Source of the DNA: a virus | Taxonomy: Duplodnaviria; Caudoviricetes | Virus record (IMG/VR): IMGVR_UViG_3300011115_000454 | Location: 1 to 57,739 of that record | Reading direction: 5' to 3' (one strand) | Length of the DNA: 57,739 nt | In this document: one piece after another, positions 36,701 through 44,493 of the stretch | How positions within the stretch are numbered: position 1 is the stretch's first letter | How the letters are laid out: the number at the start of each line of letters is the position of its first letter | The notes under the pieces: generated by a model | What the model saw: only the letters and a program-made list of their open reading frames with translations | What the model was told of the DNA's origin: nothing | The model's database searches: none | Position numbers and translations under genes: made by a program

Positions 36701-38977
36701 AAAGAATTTGCTGAGCGTGTAAAGAACGCTCATGGGGATACTGACATCCTTGCTCAGATTGAAAAAGAAAAGAACGTACTGTTGGCTCGTGAGTCCAAGT
36801 TGTTGGGTATGAACATTGACAAGCCTTACTCATACCTAGGACGTTATGGCGACTATGTGACTGTAGCCAAGTCTGCTGAATATAAACAATACGAAGAAAT
36901 ACTTGCAGACAAAGGTGAAGGGTACGAGCAGGCTGTTGGATGGTTAGCAGAGAATCGTTCTAACCCAGTACATTATGTTGTTCAGTTTGCAGAAACCCTT
37001 GGCGAAGCCAAGCAAACAGCCGCTAACCTATCCGCAACGGGCAACTACGACATGCCTGAGGCATTTGAAAAAGAAGCCTATAGAGATGAGGGCGGTGATG
37101 CTTTTTCTGCGCTTGCAAGACTGCGCAATCGTTTTGAACGTGATTACTCAGATGCTGACCCAAAAACTAAAACTCAAGTAAGTAACATGATTGGGGACAT
37201 GTATCTGAACTTAATATCAGAAGCCAGTTCACGTAAATCTTTAATGCAACGTCAAAACATCTCAGGCGCTGATAAAGACATGATGCGTAACTTGGCTACA
37301 CGTGGCCGCTCAGACGCTCACTTTCTTGCCGCTATCAAACACAACGACGACATATCTGACTCCATTAAAAAGATGCGTGTTGAGCGTAACCGCAATCATG
37401 AATCCGCCCAACCGTATTTTAATGAGTTGCTCAAGCGTCATATGAACAGCATGAAGTATGAGTCTCCAAACGTGTTGGCTAACTTTATGTCTCGCTTGTC
37501 TTCAGTGTATTACTTAGCGACCAACCCAGCGTTTTATCTACAGCAGTTGTTACAGACTGGAGTTATATCTCTGCCTTACATGGCTGGTCGTTTAGGTTAC
37601 TTCCGTTCTGCTCGTGCTATTAAGAAAGCATACGGCGACACTATGGAATTGGTTAAAGGTCTTGGAGTAAGTGACCACATTGACTTTAGCAAAGCCCCTG
37701 CTGATGTTCGTGCCATGCTTGACCAATTTGTTGGTATGGGCAAAATTGATATTGGTATTGATTCTGACGCTCGTGTAAGAGCCGGTGACCAAGGTGTTAC
37801 TGCCAAGGTGTTGGGTAAGCTACAAGCTGTTAATAATCGTATTGAATCAATCAACCGTGCTACAGCAGCCATTGCAGCCTATCGCGGATACCTTGAGCGT
37901 TATAAGAACAATGACACTGCCGCCGCTACTAAGTATGCCGCAGAGGTAGTATCGAACACACACGGCTCATATGATGCGTTTAATACACCAAGAATCATGG
38001 AATCAGGCGCAGGTAAAGTGTTGCTTCAGTTCAAGCGGTTTCAAATTATTCAAATCTCCATGCTTGCCAAGTTGTTGCACACAGCGTTCAAGGGTTCCTC
38101 TGCTGAAGAAAAAGCAGTGGCTTTTCGCTCGCTTGGGTTTATAACAGGGCAAATGGCGCTTCTTGGCGGCATGATAGGTGTGCCTCTTGCTCAGCAAGCT
38201 GCGTCTATATTATCTAAAGTGTTTGGGGATGAAGATGAACCCGATGATTGGGAGTTCAAACTGCGCCGTATGATAGACGACCCAGTGGTGGCTGACTTGT
38301 TAATTAATGGGATCCCAGGAGCTATGGGCGTTAACTTAGGCGGTAAGTTGGGTATGGGTAATACATTCTCTATCCTGCCGTTTACTGACGTAGATTTAAC
38401 CAGTCGTTCCGGTGCAGAGAAAGCACTTGTAGGTATTATGGGGCCGTCTGCCAACCTTGCACTTAAATGGGCTGATGGTTTGGGGCTTATGGGTAAAGGC
38501 GAATACTACAAAGGTCTTGAGCAGATGTTGCCAAATGGTGTATCCAACGTATTAAAAGCTGGACGAATTGCCACAGAAGGTGTAACAATGCGCAATGGGG
38601 ATGTAGTGCTCAAGCCTGAGGAAATCAGTTTGTTTGATGCTGCGTTCCAAGCCGTTGGTTTACCAACGACAACCTTAACAGACCGCCAGTACACACAGAA
38701 AGTTGTAGCAGAATTTGATAAATATTACCAAGAACGTGCAAGCGAAATCAAAGGTGATTACATCAAGGCTAGACGAGACAATGCAAACACAAGCGATGCG
38801 ATGAATGAATGGAGCAAACTTCAAGAAGCAAGAACACGCAATGGATATACACGGCAACCAATGTCGGAATTGTTAAAAGCACCGATGGCAGCAACGAAGC
38901 GAGAAAATCGTGTTGCTGGTGGTGTAGAGTTTAATAAAGGTAATCGACGTTTTGTCGAATCAGTAAGTCAACAGTAA
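30779..38977 (+). CDS. giant internal virion/ejection protein (2732 aa) with L,D-transpeptidase-like and zincin-like domains
   Basis: TPAG...IMHSV...SFGCINV motif; HEIGH...GELFAQ motif; last large gene of the virion module. Confidence 0.8.
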   Translation: MPNIWDSYLVAKPGDDKDRFSGGTNWDAYINPPPPNKPGFISDVKRGTGQVIESVGSTLKDIGAPETGESLEQYGAGVTRRNPSQINTVEEAIRNPFTTLRESVGEVVPQVGTSIAAGIGGRVIGGALGGMIGSAIPGAGTAAGVAIGQNVGAGAAAYLSNLAQEYGGIRKEQRDQGIEDKTRALGAGGAAAVLDTAFGAERIANKFLSHGSDILAREAGTSLRKQVGKQTAIGFGIEAGTEGAQTQLERYGAYKDLTSAEAGNEVGLSMIKGGLGGGVIRGGLSSIAGERPSTSSTGGDSMLKGANKDQSIGSEPSNEISQTFNQTAAGTTPTLSASIMQGLVGGAPNPLAGRAPLIEQQQVPPEQQAPAPSAAPSPITPPAVSGGTTPIAQQTQLQAQQEQQAQQAQEQQTKREETFNNLGAQFNPENGGELTIFGQKVFGPQIAPFGTALSLKLSTLPPHGYEIAKAVAQANDTTGGKIVSFTYNGANPIGSAEKLTKALIAVTDKFQIGHVNSTQEAAQILNKLSSTAKGTQLEQINAIHQALTGTDTQGYIESQTTKPKGKSNEQQLQTTPGVGTVPVQGGTVQNNDGLTGLLQPGEIQPVGAGGDIGTAISQQIGQPSGEGIRPSTSVTPDISGGQPTTGQINLTAPAPDTNQLLRQIFGDTYAIDENVPPATRGPAKRVVGKVEQVRVQPEQTGKPGVSESVSTGVAGERVVKRRRKWTPTNAPAAGTNQFYSTAVEHIHPTKRSEIILAIFVNALEPKTTRGDEYPAAVRAKILQMSLMEQMTAPEISKYFAELENPIDLKPGTIDTQRKRMGLVDSRSIRGLYIDTTSEQGRTLLADVVRAAAEFKTGAFPDGIGPDQLRGFYAAKNSFATGNEVVELSDDVIEEPTAKNTDVKLQEELRGSNNENKDTRTMGEISTAGGSQGNVDSLKQTRKNLKTGKVFKDISALDQIEKLTDEADQIRDSLDGMAPKDPRRAALVDRLEQIGDADSGEIQTLYEEYNKAQKLRSKEAEEAGVEKKEEAEITPEELTGEELAASEREDERKAEAAEKAAADKGETDAVQVESTDEGNVRKPAGSGKKVGKTNTESKKPAGTRKTTTKKPVETKKPVEVKTPKEQWDELRTLAPELPTYETLNRDQKIRFDDLANRGQANLAAVVGQIVTAPSTEIVAEKREALGAVETTEEVKETPQAEETPQAEEIVKETVGSQVAKLPDAQVKRLENHYGVKSDSLEFMTKVKEDVVKYATKGANAVAGAIRDIIKAIHAGVLSVAMIFNPVAITPPEAFVFVPQTQTYQQEVKAELPKGTENMSQAGKEAYQYIYPAIKDKLIEANKFFVLADKPNGRTYVFNPDGSLLLERKTLYGAAEGDLLIGDNNLPKNRVTPAGLFNLGLRDAARGGGEAVTAGEYDFGKVFVLDKAYGGEFSGTIMHSVWTKEKDAAQRLAALKNEKSGDFRYSFGCINVDKETYRDLITNHLSQMDGAKLFIVPDNQAQVKNFITGNVKGDELDRLGITLKTEQVTVPVRSATQVSEAERTVLGKEEKFASRSKPMLFENIADELSGMEKAEKALNNLGISNALDYVSGWETFEDASENAPDGLLVSRGVNKERASQYFVQINTASTKGDPLFEAQVAIHEIGHAVDMAPHGGIYSSQPEMSVSLQDGVVTPIGKMSKELFSLYQTDDNWGDFLAYPFDISAFPDIKNHIEVEGELFAQVFAVYASPAGRAYIEQTAPQTAAFMKEVINDIKSSKSFQIQKSEVSAARTLSFRNRNAQGGNRQTTQVLGLPPRGAAPESFASRSIPFDPETFIGSLPKQTQKAARTVIDDLPNALKKGSLASAITEDVIGMATKYMKSAQDYLTAQYARQASRLRHELKIEKILSRFDKLPEELKGTGANSVNAYIFDSTRQEKWGYYPGEKFVSTRLFDTDPEFKKRFNAFPPAAKKVIMDVFEHGHDVMVEKQTAISDAINKEFAERVKNAHGDTDILAQIEKEKNVLLARESKLLGMNIDKPYSYLGRYGDYVTVAKSAEYKQYEEILADKGEGYEQAVGWLAENRSNPVHYVVQFAETLGEAKQTAANLSATGNYDMPEAFEKEAYRDEGGDAFSALARLRNRFERDYSDADPKTKTQVSNMIGDMYLNLISEASSRKSLMQRQNISGADKDMMRNLATRGRSDAHFLAAIKHNDDISDSIKKMRVERNRNHESAQPYFNELLKRHMNSMKYESPNVLANFMSRLSSVYYLATNPAFYLQQLLQTGVISLPYMAGRLGYFRSARAIKKAYGDTMELVKGLGVSDHIDFSKAPADVRAMLDQFVGMGKIDIGIDSDARVRAGDQGVTAKVLGKLQAVNNRIESINRATAAIAAYRGYLERYKNNDTAAATKYAAEVVSNTHGSYDAFNTPRIMESGAGKVLLQFKRFQIIQISMLAKLLHTAFKGSSAEEKAVAFRSLGFITGQMALLGGMIGVPLAQQAASILSKVFGDEDEPDDWEFKLRRMIDDPVVADLLINGIPGAMGVNLGGKLGMGNTFSILPFTDVDLTSRSGAEKALVGIMGPSANLALKWADGLGLMGKGEYYKGLEQMLPNGVSNVLKAGRIATEGVTMRNGDVVLKPEEISLFDAAFQAVGLPTTTLTDRQYTQKVVAEFDKYYQERASEIKGDYIKARRDNANTSDAMNEWSKLQEARTRNGYTRQPMSELLKAPMAATKRENRVAGGVEFNKGNRRFVESVSQQ
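33978..34136 (+). CDS. nested small basic protein MPFKSKAQ... (52 aa) in the +1 frame of the giant gene
   Basis: AAGGAG SD 6 nt before the ATG; resembles stand-alone phage MPFKSKAQ..A..PE.AKRW...TP..K.LPE.V proteins (recalled). Confidence 0.6.
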   Translation: MPFKSKAQMKEMFANQPEVAKRWAKLTPNPKSLPEHVKPPPKNQLRPRSRSR

Positions 38978-38987
38978 GGAGTAAATC

Positions 38988-39278
38988 ATGAGCGACCCGC
39001 AAGGAATAAAAGCAGCCCACACCAGTACAACCACAACAACTTTGTTTACTGGTCCTTTTTATGTTAAAGGTTTGACTTGCCTTGGCACTGCCACTGCTGG
39101 AACCTTATCTTTTCGTGACGGCGGTTCAGGCGGCACTGTTTTGTTGGAGATTGATGTGCCGGGAAATGCCAATAATATTCAAGATACGGTTATCCCCGGA
39201 GCTGGTATCTTGTTTGAAAAAGACTGCTACTTGACGCAACCTACGGGTTACAACACAACTATTTTCTACGGAAAATAA
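38988..39278 (+). CDS. small beta-rich putative virion protein
   Basis: TAAGGAG SD; IPGAGILF motif. Confidence 0.65.
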   Translation: MSDPQGIKAAHTSTTTTTLFTGPFYVKGLTCLGTATAGTLSFRDGGSGGTVLLEIDVPGNANNIQDTVIPGAGILFEKDCYLTQPTGYNTTIFYGK

Positions 39279-39280
39279 AC

Positions 39281-39535
39281 ATGGCTAAGTCACCTGCTTG
39301 GCAACGTAAAGAAGGTAAGGCGGAATCCGGCGGTTTAAATGCCAAGGGTCGTGCTTCTTACAACAAAGCCAATCCGGGTAAACCCGGACTTAAAGCACCA
39401 CAACCTGAGGGCGGCCCTCGTAAAGATTCATTCTGTGCAAGAATGGAAGGTATGAAAAAGAAGTTAACTTCTGATAAAACAGCCAACGACCCAGACTCTC
39501 GTATCAACAAAAGCCTTCGGGCATGGAAGTGTTAA
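39281..39535 (+). CDS. small basic conserved phage protein (DUF6321-like)
   Basis: SPAWQRKEGK..GGLNAKGRASY...SFCARM...SRINKSLRAWKC. Confidence 0.7.
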   Translation: MAKSPAWQRKEGKAESGGLNAKGRASYNKANPGKPGLKAPQPEGGPRKDSFCARMEGMKKKLTSDKTANDPDSRINKSLRAWKC

Positions 39536-39537
39536 TT

Positions 39538-39789
39538 ATGGTGGACACTGAAATACAAACTGCTAGAGAACTTGCCACACATGCGGCAGATATTAAACAT
39601 TTGCAGGACGACATGGATAAACTTGTGGCTGATATAAATGATATTAAAGCCACGCTTGTGGCGATTCAGAGCACACTGGCAGAAGCTAGGGGTGGGTGGA
39701 AAATGTTGATGTTGTTAGGCGGCGCAAGTGGTGTACTTGGTGCTGCAATTACTCAAGTTATTCATAGTTTGCCAAACTGGAGTAAATAA
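39538..39789 (+). CDS. coiled-coil protein with C-terminal TM helix
   Basis: heptad region then GGWKMLMLLGGASGVLGAAI. Confidence 0.6.
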   Translation: MVDTEIQTARELATHAADIKHLQDDMDKLVADINDIKATLVAIQSTLAEARGGWKMLMLLGGASGVLGAAITQVIHSLPNWSK

Positions 39790-39815
39790 AAAACCCCCCG
39801 GTGTTTAGCCGGGGG
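39788..39815 (-). terminator. intrinsic terminator at the convergence of the two arms
   Basis: CCCCCGG/CCGGGGG stem with a U tract on the minus strand. Confidence 0.7.
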
Positions 39816-39858
39816 AAACCCCATCCATAGGAGAGAAAACACTAACAACTGGCAACTG

Positions 39859-42810
39859 TTAGTGAGCAGATGATACAGCAACTGTTTGTACTGGCGCAAG
39901 TGTTGTACCACTGGTCTTTTCTACAGTACCTTCCATGGCAGAGTAGTCAAACACATAGCAGTTACAACTACCAGTAGAGAATATCGTACCTCTACCCATA
40001 TTAAATTTATCAGGCCATGTAACTAATAGGCTGTTTGCAATCGCATAATCCAACAAGTCTTTAGGCTCAAGCCTGTTCTTGGCGCACCAGTCTGCAACTT
40101 CCTTCTTGGCTATAAACAACCGCCCAACGTATTTAGTGTCTTTGTAGTTCTGATTACCAAGAACCCTACGACCCGCCACAGTTCCAATGAACTTAGACAT
40201 CGAATCCTCAGGACCTCTACCGTCTGTACGTAAGTCTCTGTACTCTGTAGTGACAAGGATACGACTGTTCAACTCACGAATCATTCGATTTAAACCGTCT
40301 GCTGGGGTTGTCATGTTGTTTGTCGTTATCGTGGAAGTTAAGTCCTTGAGCATGCCAACTGTGAAGTCAAGCAATCCTTGATAGTCAAACTCAATAACTT
40401 TTAACTCAATCAATATCTGAGCCGCCGCCAATGTGCAGGTTGCATGGCTTCTAAAGAACCTATACTCACTCTCAGGTAACAGCAAAGCCAGTTTGCTCTC
40501 GGTCTTAGCGTACATGTCTGCTACTTCTTTTTGGCGAGTAACTATGTACCGTACAAACATATCCCCTGCGTTGCCCCAGTTCTCACGCATCTTGTCAATA
40601 GCATCTGATACTTCAATAGATGGGTCAATGATTGGCACACCATACTTGGAGAAGTTAACTCCAATCATGCGGACTGCTTCCGCCTGTGTGTTGGCATTGT
40701 GTGAGGCTAATTTAGAGTGCATGTCTTCGTTAGCTGTGATACCAACTACAGACTTCCAAAAGTTCTGCTCGGCAAAACCAACCTTGCCGCCTGACGATGT
40801 AAGCCTAGCCCTGTCTGTACCTTGAGAAACTGTGTACGCAAAACTACTGAGTTCAGCCGCATCAATGTCTGTCATCTCGTCAAACACAACCGGAATGTTT
40901 TTATGAACTCCGACTACTGCCCATCTAGCGTTGCGTGTTGCCCCATCCTTGCCAGCGTAAACCAGTTTGTTGGCATCTGCTAGTCCATACAGAGCCGCTT
41001 TCCATACAGAAGTCTTGCCCTTACCTGACTGCCCGCTATTGACTGCCACGAGTGCGCCGTTATAACTGTCTTCACCAAATGGGATAAGTAGTGAACCGTA
41101 GACGTTGCAAAAAACAAATTGAGCCGCCTCGCTATGAGGTCTGTTGTAGATACTGTTAACTGCTTTGGAATAGTCAGCCAATGTTCCACGTGGAACAGGG
41201 TACGAATTTCTGTAGTTAGCCGCCCCACCTCCAATAAACACCTTGCGTACTGAACCATCCAAGTGATACAGCCTGTCTCCAAGAAGAAACCCACTCATGT
41301 TATCTCGCCACCCAAATGTCGTGAGGGTGTCGGTCTCTTGTTGTTCGTTCATTAACTTGTGGATGGAATCACGTATGTACGCTGTTAGGTGCATTGTTGC
41401 GTCCTTGTTGTTGGTTGGCATCAATTCATACTTGGATAAAGCCTTCAGTAAATCAGAGTTTGCGGCTATTGCAGAAGTATCAACCTCAAAATCTCTAATC
41501 CGTTTATCAGGCAAGTGCATCCGAATAGTAAACGCATATGTCCCATCGGACTTACGAATCCTTTGGATGGGATAAAACAAAGATAAACAAAACGAATATG
41601 GCTGTAGGATGCCGTCTTTGTCTTTTATGTATCTGAGCATCCGTCCATTGTTGTACTCATAGTGCTCAGGGAAAGCAGGTACTACAGTCTCGACTGGTTC
41701 GTTGTCGGCAAAGACTTCAACAATGGCTTCGGCGGGAGTTGGCTCGATGCGCCCAAGTACGATAGGCGACTTAATGACTCCGTTGTGTATGCATCCTTCG
41801 CAACCGGTGGGGTTATTCCTCTTGAAAAAATCACAAGTGGTAGGGCCAGCATTCCAACTTTCAAACCTTGTTTCAACGTCTGTGTTGCTGTGTCCAGTCG
41901 CTGCTCTATTTGCGCTCCACTCATCTGCAAGCGGTCTTCCTTCCACGCTATACTTAATGATTCCAACAACCCCTCGCCATGTCTCGTAGTCGACGTCGCC
42001 ACAAGTGTCACGCATCCGTCCCACTTGTCCACAATGGTTCGCAATTTCGTGGGCGGACGTAGGTATGTCAGGCCATGCGTGGGCAAGCAAGTCGTCGTTA
42101 ATGTTTGGGGTTGAATTTCGTACCACAGGTGGGGTGACTTGATATTTACCCAAAGCTGTAGAAACTGCTCTTGAAAAATCCTCAGGGCTGACTGGATTTG
42201 ATTGAGTTTTAACTTTAACTTCACGTGCATCTCTCCCGGGTTTACGGTTAAGTGTTCCCACTGGTCGCAATATAGACGACAAATCAGCGGTGCGAGTCGG
42301 GTCAACCATAAGTCCTGCGGCTTGCATAACAGACTTGAAACCCGAAGCCATTAACCTCCAGCTTTTTGGGCCGATGGTTCTAGTAAGAGGCCAGTAACAG
42401 TGTAACCCACCACCCGAGTCAATTAACATGGGGTCGGGAAAACCATTAGACCGACAAAATCCTATGATGGCTTTAGCGGCATCTACTTTGGTAGCATAGC
42501 CTTTACCATTGTCAAACTTATCCTGTCCGCAGTCAATGTCTGCCCAAAACGACTTAGCCTTATCCCAGTTTGGTTCGCCACGAAACTTGGTCTTACCCTC
42601 AAGGGTTTGGTAGTTCGGTTCTTTATACCCGCAGCATGCGTGGTAAACAGTTAAGTTGTCTTGTTTGTTATAGGACTCAATGGCTTGCGCCATAACTTCC
42701 AAAGAATCGTAGGCTTTGTGGGCAATCCCAGTTGTGCCTACTTTTGCAAGCCCGACAAATTTGTATCCTTCCTCAGGCAATACAGCCTTTAGAAATTCGA
42801 GAGTGTTCAT
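39859..42810 (-). CDS. primase-helicase (AEP/RepB-like primase + DUF927-type helicase)
   Basis: WADIDC, SGGGLHCYW, ILRPVGT.N primase motifs; Walker A GQSGKGKT; FDE Walker B. Confidence 0.85.
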   Translation of the reverse strand: MNTLEFLKAVLPEEGYKFVGLAKVGTTGIAHKAYDSLEVMAQAIESYNKQDNLTVYHACCGYKEPNYQTLEGKTKFRGEPNWDKAKSFWADIDCGQDKFDNGKGYATKVDAAKAIIGFCRSNGFPDPMLIDSGGGLHCYWPLTRTIGPKSWRLMASGFKSVMQAAGLMVDPTRTADLSSILRPVGTLNRKPGRDAREVKVKTQSNPVSPEDFSRAVSTALGKYQVTPPVVRNSTPNINDDLLAHAWPDIPTSAHEIANHCGQVGRMRDTCGDVDYETWRGVVGIIKYSVEGRPLADEWSANRAATGHSNTDVETRFESWNAGPTTCDFFKRNNPTGCEGCIHNGVIKSPIVLGRIEPTPAEAIVEVFADNEPVETVVPAFPEHYEYNNGRMLRYIKDKDGILQPYSFCLSLFYPIQRIRKSDGTYAFTIRMHLPDKRIRDFEVDTSAIAANSDLLKALSKYELMPTNNKDATMHLTAYIRDSIHKLMNEQQETDTLTTFGWRDNMSGFLLGDRLYHLDGSVRKVFIGGGAANYRNSYPVPRGTLADYSKAVNSIYNRPHSEAAQFVFCNVYGSLLIPFGEDSYNGALVAVNSGQSGKGKTSVWKAALYGLADANKLVYAGKDGATRNARWAVVGVHKNIPVVFDEMTDIDAAELSSFAYTVSQGTDRARLTSSGGKVGFAEQNFWKSVVGITANEDMHSKLASHNANTQAEAVRMIGVNFSKYGVPIIDPSIEVSDAIDKMRENWGNAGDMFVRYIVTRQKEVADMYAKTESKLALLLPESEYRFFRSHATCTLAAAQILIELKVIEFDYQGLLDFTVGMLKDLTSTITTNNMTTPADGLNRMIRELNSRILVTTEYRDLRTDGRGPEDSMSKFIGTVAGRRVLGNQNYKDTKYVGRLFIAKKEVADWCAKNRLEPKDLLDYAIANSLLVTWPDKFNMGRGTIFSTGSCNCYVFDYSAMEGTVEKTSGTTLAPVQTVAVSSAH

Positions 42811-42811
42811 C

Positions 42812-43063
42812 TCACCCCCCAGTTATGATACGTTTCTCCGTCGCCTCTGCGCCAACACGTATGGTTTTTTCCATGTGCGCTATCGCAACTTTCATTAGTT
42901 CACCGGCCTGTATAGAGGTCTCGGCTGATTCAACAATGACTCGCCCTATGAGTTCAGAAAGACCCAAAATAACTTCACCGTGATTGAATCCTTTATCGTT
43001 GAGAGCGCCATTGGCTTCAAGAACTACTCCAACGACTTTGCGTTGGTCTATTTGATATGACAT
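42812..43063 (-). CDS. hypothetical protein
   Basis: GGAG SD; co-oriented. Confidence 0.65.
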   Translation of the reverse strand: MSYQIDQRKVVGVVLEANGALNDKGFNHGEVILGLSELIGRVIVESAETSIQAGELMKVAIAHMEKTIRVGAEATEKRIITGG

Positions 43064-43082
43064 GTTTTCTCCAAAATAAGGT

Positions 43083-43124
43083 GGGGCTACTCGCTACGTC
43101 CATTACGGCATCCGCTTTCACCCC
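43083..43124 (-). ncRNA. candidate structured RNA hairpin with loop-E-like internal loop
   Basis: GGGGU-GAAA-GC-GGA-UGC...GUA-GC-GAGUA-GCCCC just downstream of the SSB-like gene. Confidence 0.4.
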
Positions 43125-43129
43125 TAAAA

Positions 43130-44026
43130 TCAATCGTCGAAGTTTAAATCGCTGAGGTCTAACTCAGGTACATCTACTTCTGTGGCTACCACTGGTGCGG
43201 GGGCAGGCTTGGCTTTAGGCTTCTCGGCCTTCGGCTTTTCAACTACAGGCACTGCTTTTGGCAGGCTTACCTCAGGCAGTGGTTCTTCAGCCTCAATATC
43301 AAATGAGAAGTTAGCACCCAGTATAGATGCTACTGTCTCAGTATCAGCCACTACTTTGGCTTGATTGTGGCTGAGTTCATCCAAGAAACCAATAGCCTTG
43401 AATGTTAACTTCTGAGCCGTTGCCTCAGGGTCAAATCCAATACGAGTTACAACCATGTTGTAGCCCAAGCGTTTACCGCCACGCTTCTCTAGTATCTTGC
43501 CAAACTCACCTAATGATTTAATAGATGCGGCAGGCACACGCAAAAGATACGGGTCGTTGATTAACTCAGGAGTAGAGATAGCCATACGAACGCTGTCCGA
43601 ACAAGCCTTACCCTTACCTCCGTTGTCGCCTATTCTGCTACCCCATTGGTTATGTGGGCACAGTGCGCAGGTCTTTGCCTGTGGTTTTTCAGAGCCTGCA
43701 TCGGGTTTGTCACCCATGTTGCTAAAACAATCAGGCTTCGTGCTCTCCTCGCCCTCTGCATAGCCCTTGGCATAGAACACCTTGGACACTTTGTTGTTGA
43801 CCTTGAGCATCACCACATCAATGTATGTAGCAGGGCTGTCGGGGTCTTTGGGGTTAGACAGAATCTTTTTGTCCCCATTGCGCACCACAGTCCACTTCTT
43901 GCCTTTGATGCTGATTACAGGAAATCCTGAACTTGCGTGAGCCGTCAGGTCGTTGTTAATGTCAGTGGAAACTGTCCTAATATAATCAGGAACAGAACCA
44001 GCTTCGAAAGGGATGATATTACTCAT
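43130..44026 (-). CDS. single-stranded DNA-binding / annealing protein
   Basis: PDCFS..G..P, C..CP.N.WGS, GKAC motifs; acidic C-terminal tail DLSDLNFDD. Confidence 0.65.
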   Translation of the reverse strand: MSNIIPFEAGSVPDYIRTVSTDINNDLTAHASSGFPVISIKGKKWTVVRNGDKKILSNPKDPDSPATYIDVVMLKVNNKVSKVFYAKGYAEGEESTKPDCFSNMGDKPDAGSEKPQAKTCALCPHNQWGSRIGDNGGKGKACSDSVRMAISTPELINDPYLLRVPAASIKSLGEFGKILEKRGGKRLGYNMVVTRIGFDPEATAQKLTFKAIGFLDELSHNQAKVVADTETVASILGANFSFDIEAEEPLPEVSLPKAVPVVEKPKAEKPKAKPAPAPVVATEVDVPELDLSDLNFDD

Positions 44027-44052
44027 CGTTTAATTCTCCAGTTGTGTTTAAG

Positions 44053-44433
44053 TTAACTTCTACGTATGTTGACATTTCTCTCGGAACGCCAATTTACGCC
44101 GGGGGGTAGTTCGTCGTGAACTTCTTTGTATTGCTCAATGCCTAGTTTTGAGCAACGTACTTCCATGAGATGCCAATCTTCGTTGGTTTTAACATGTGTC
44201 ATGAACGCATCCTTGTCTGCCACTGATGCGCTGTTTACTGTGGATATATAAGCAGTACCAAATTCTGTTTTGATACTGTCAAGTCCCGCAGTGTCGAAAG
44301 TTTTGAGCAATGCGCTTTCAATCTTATCTAGCGATTCGTCAATCTTTCCTTTTTTCATATCGTACTCTGCTTTTATCTGAGATTTTTTGTCTCGCAGTTC
44401 AACGTATTTTTCTATCAATTCTGAAAGTTTCAT
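44053..44433 (-). CDS. conserved coiled-coil replication-module protein
   Basis: Y..LRD...SIKTEFGT...LPPGVN pattern. Confidence 0.6.
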   Translation of the reverse strand: MKLSELIEKYVELRDKKSQIKAEYDMKKGKIDESLDKIESALLKTFDTAGLDSIKTEFGTAYISTVNSASVADKDAFMTHVKTNEDWHLMEVRCSKLGIEQYKEVHDELPPGVNWRSERNVNIRRS

Positions 44434-44493
44434 TTTTTCTCCAAGGGGATGGGAGGTTAACAGATTTATGGGTGGTTTGTATAGGGGTTTTTA

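Noticed and set aside
41682-42305. 207-aa alternative-frame ORF within the primase-helicase, and the many antisense ORFs in the track
   Set aside because: They overlap well-supported genes and have no motifs or translation signals
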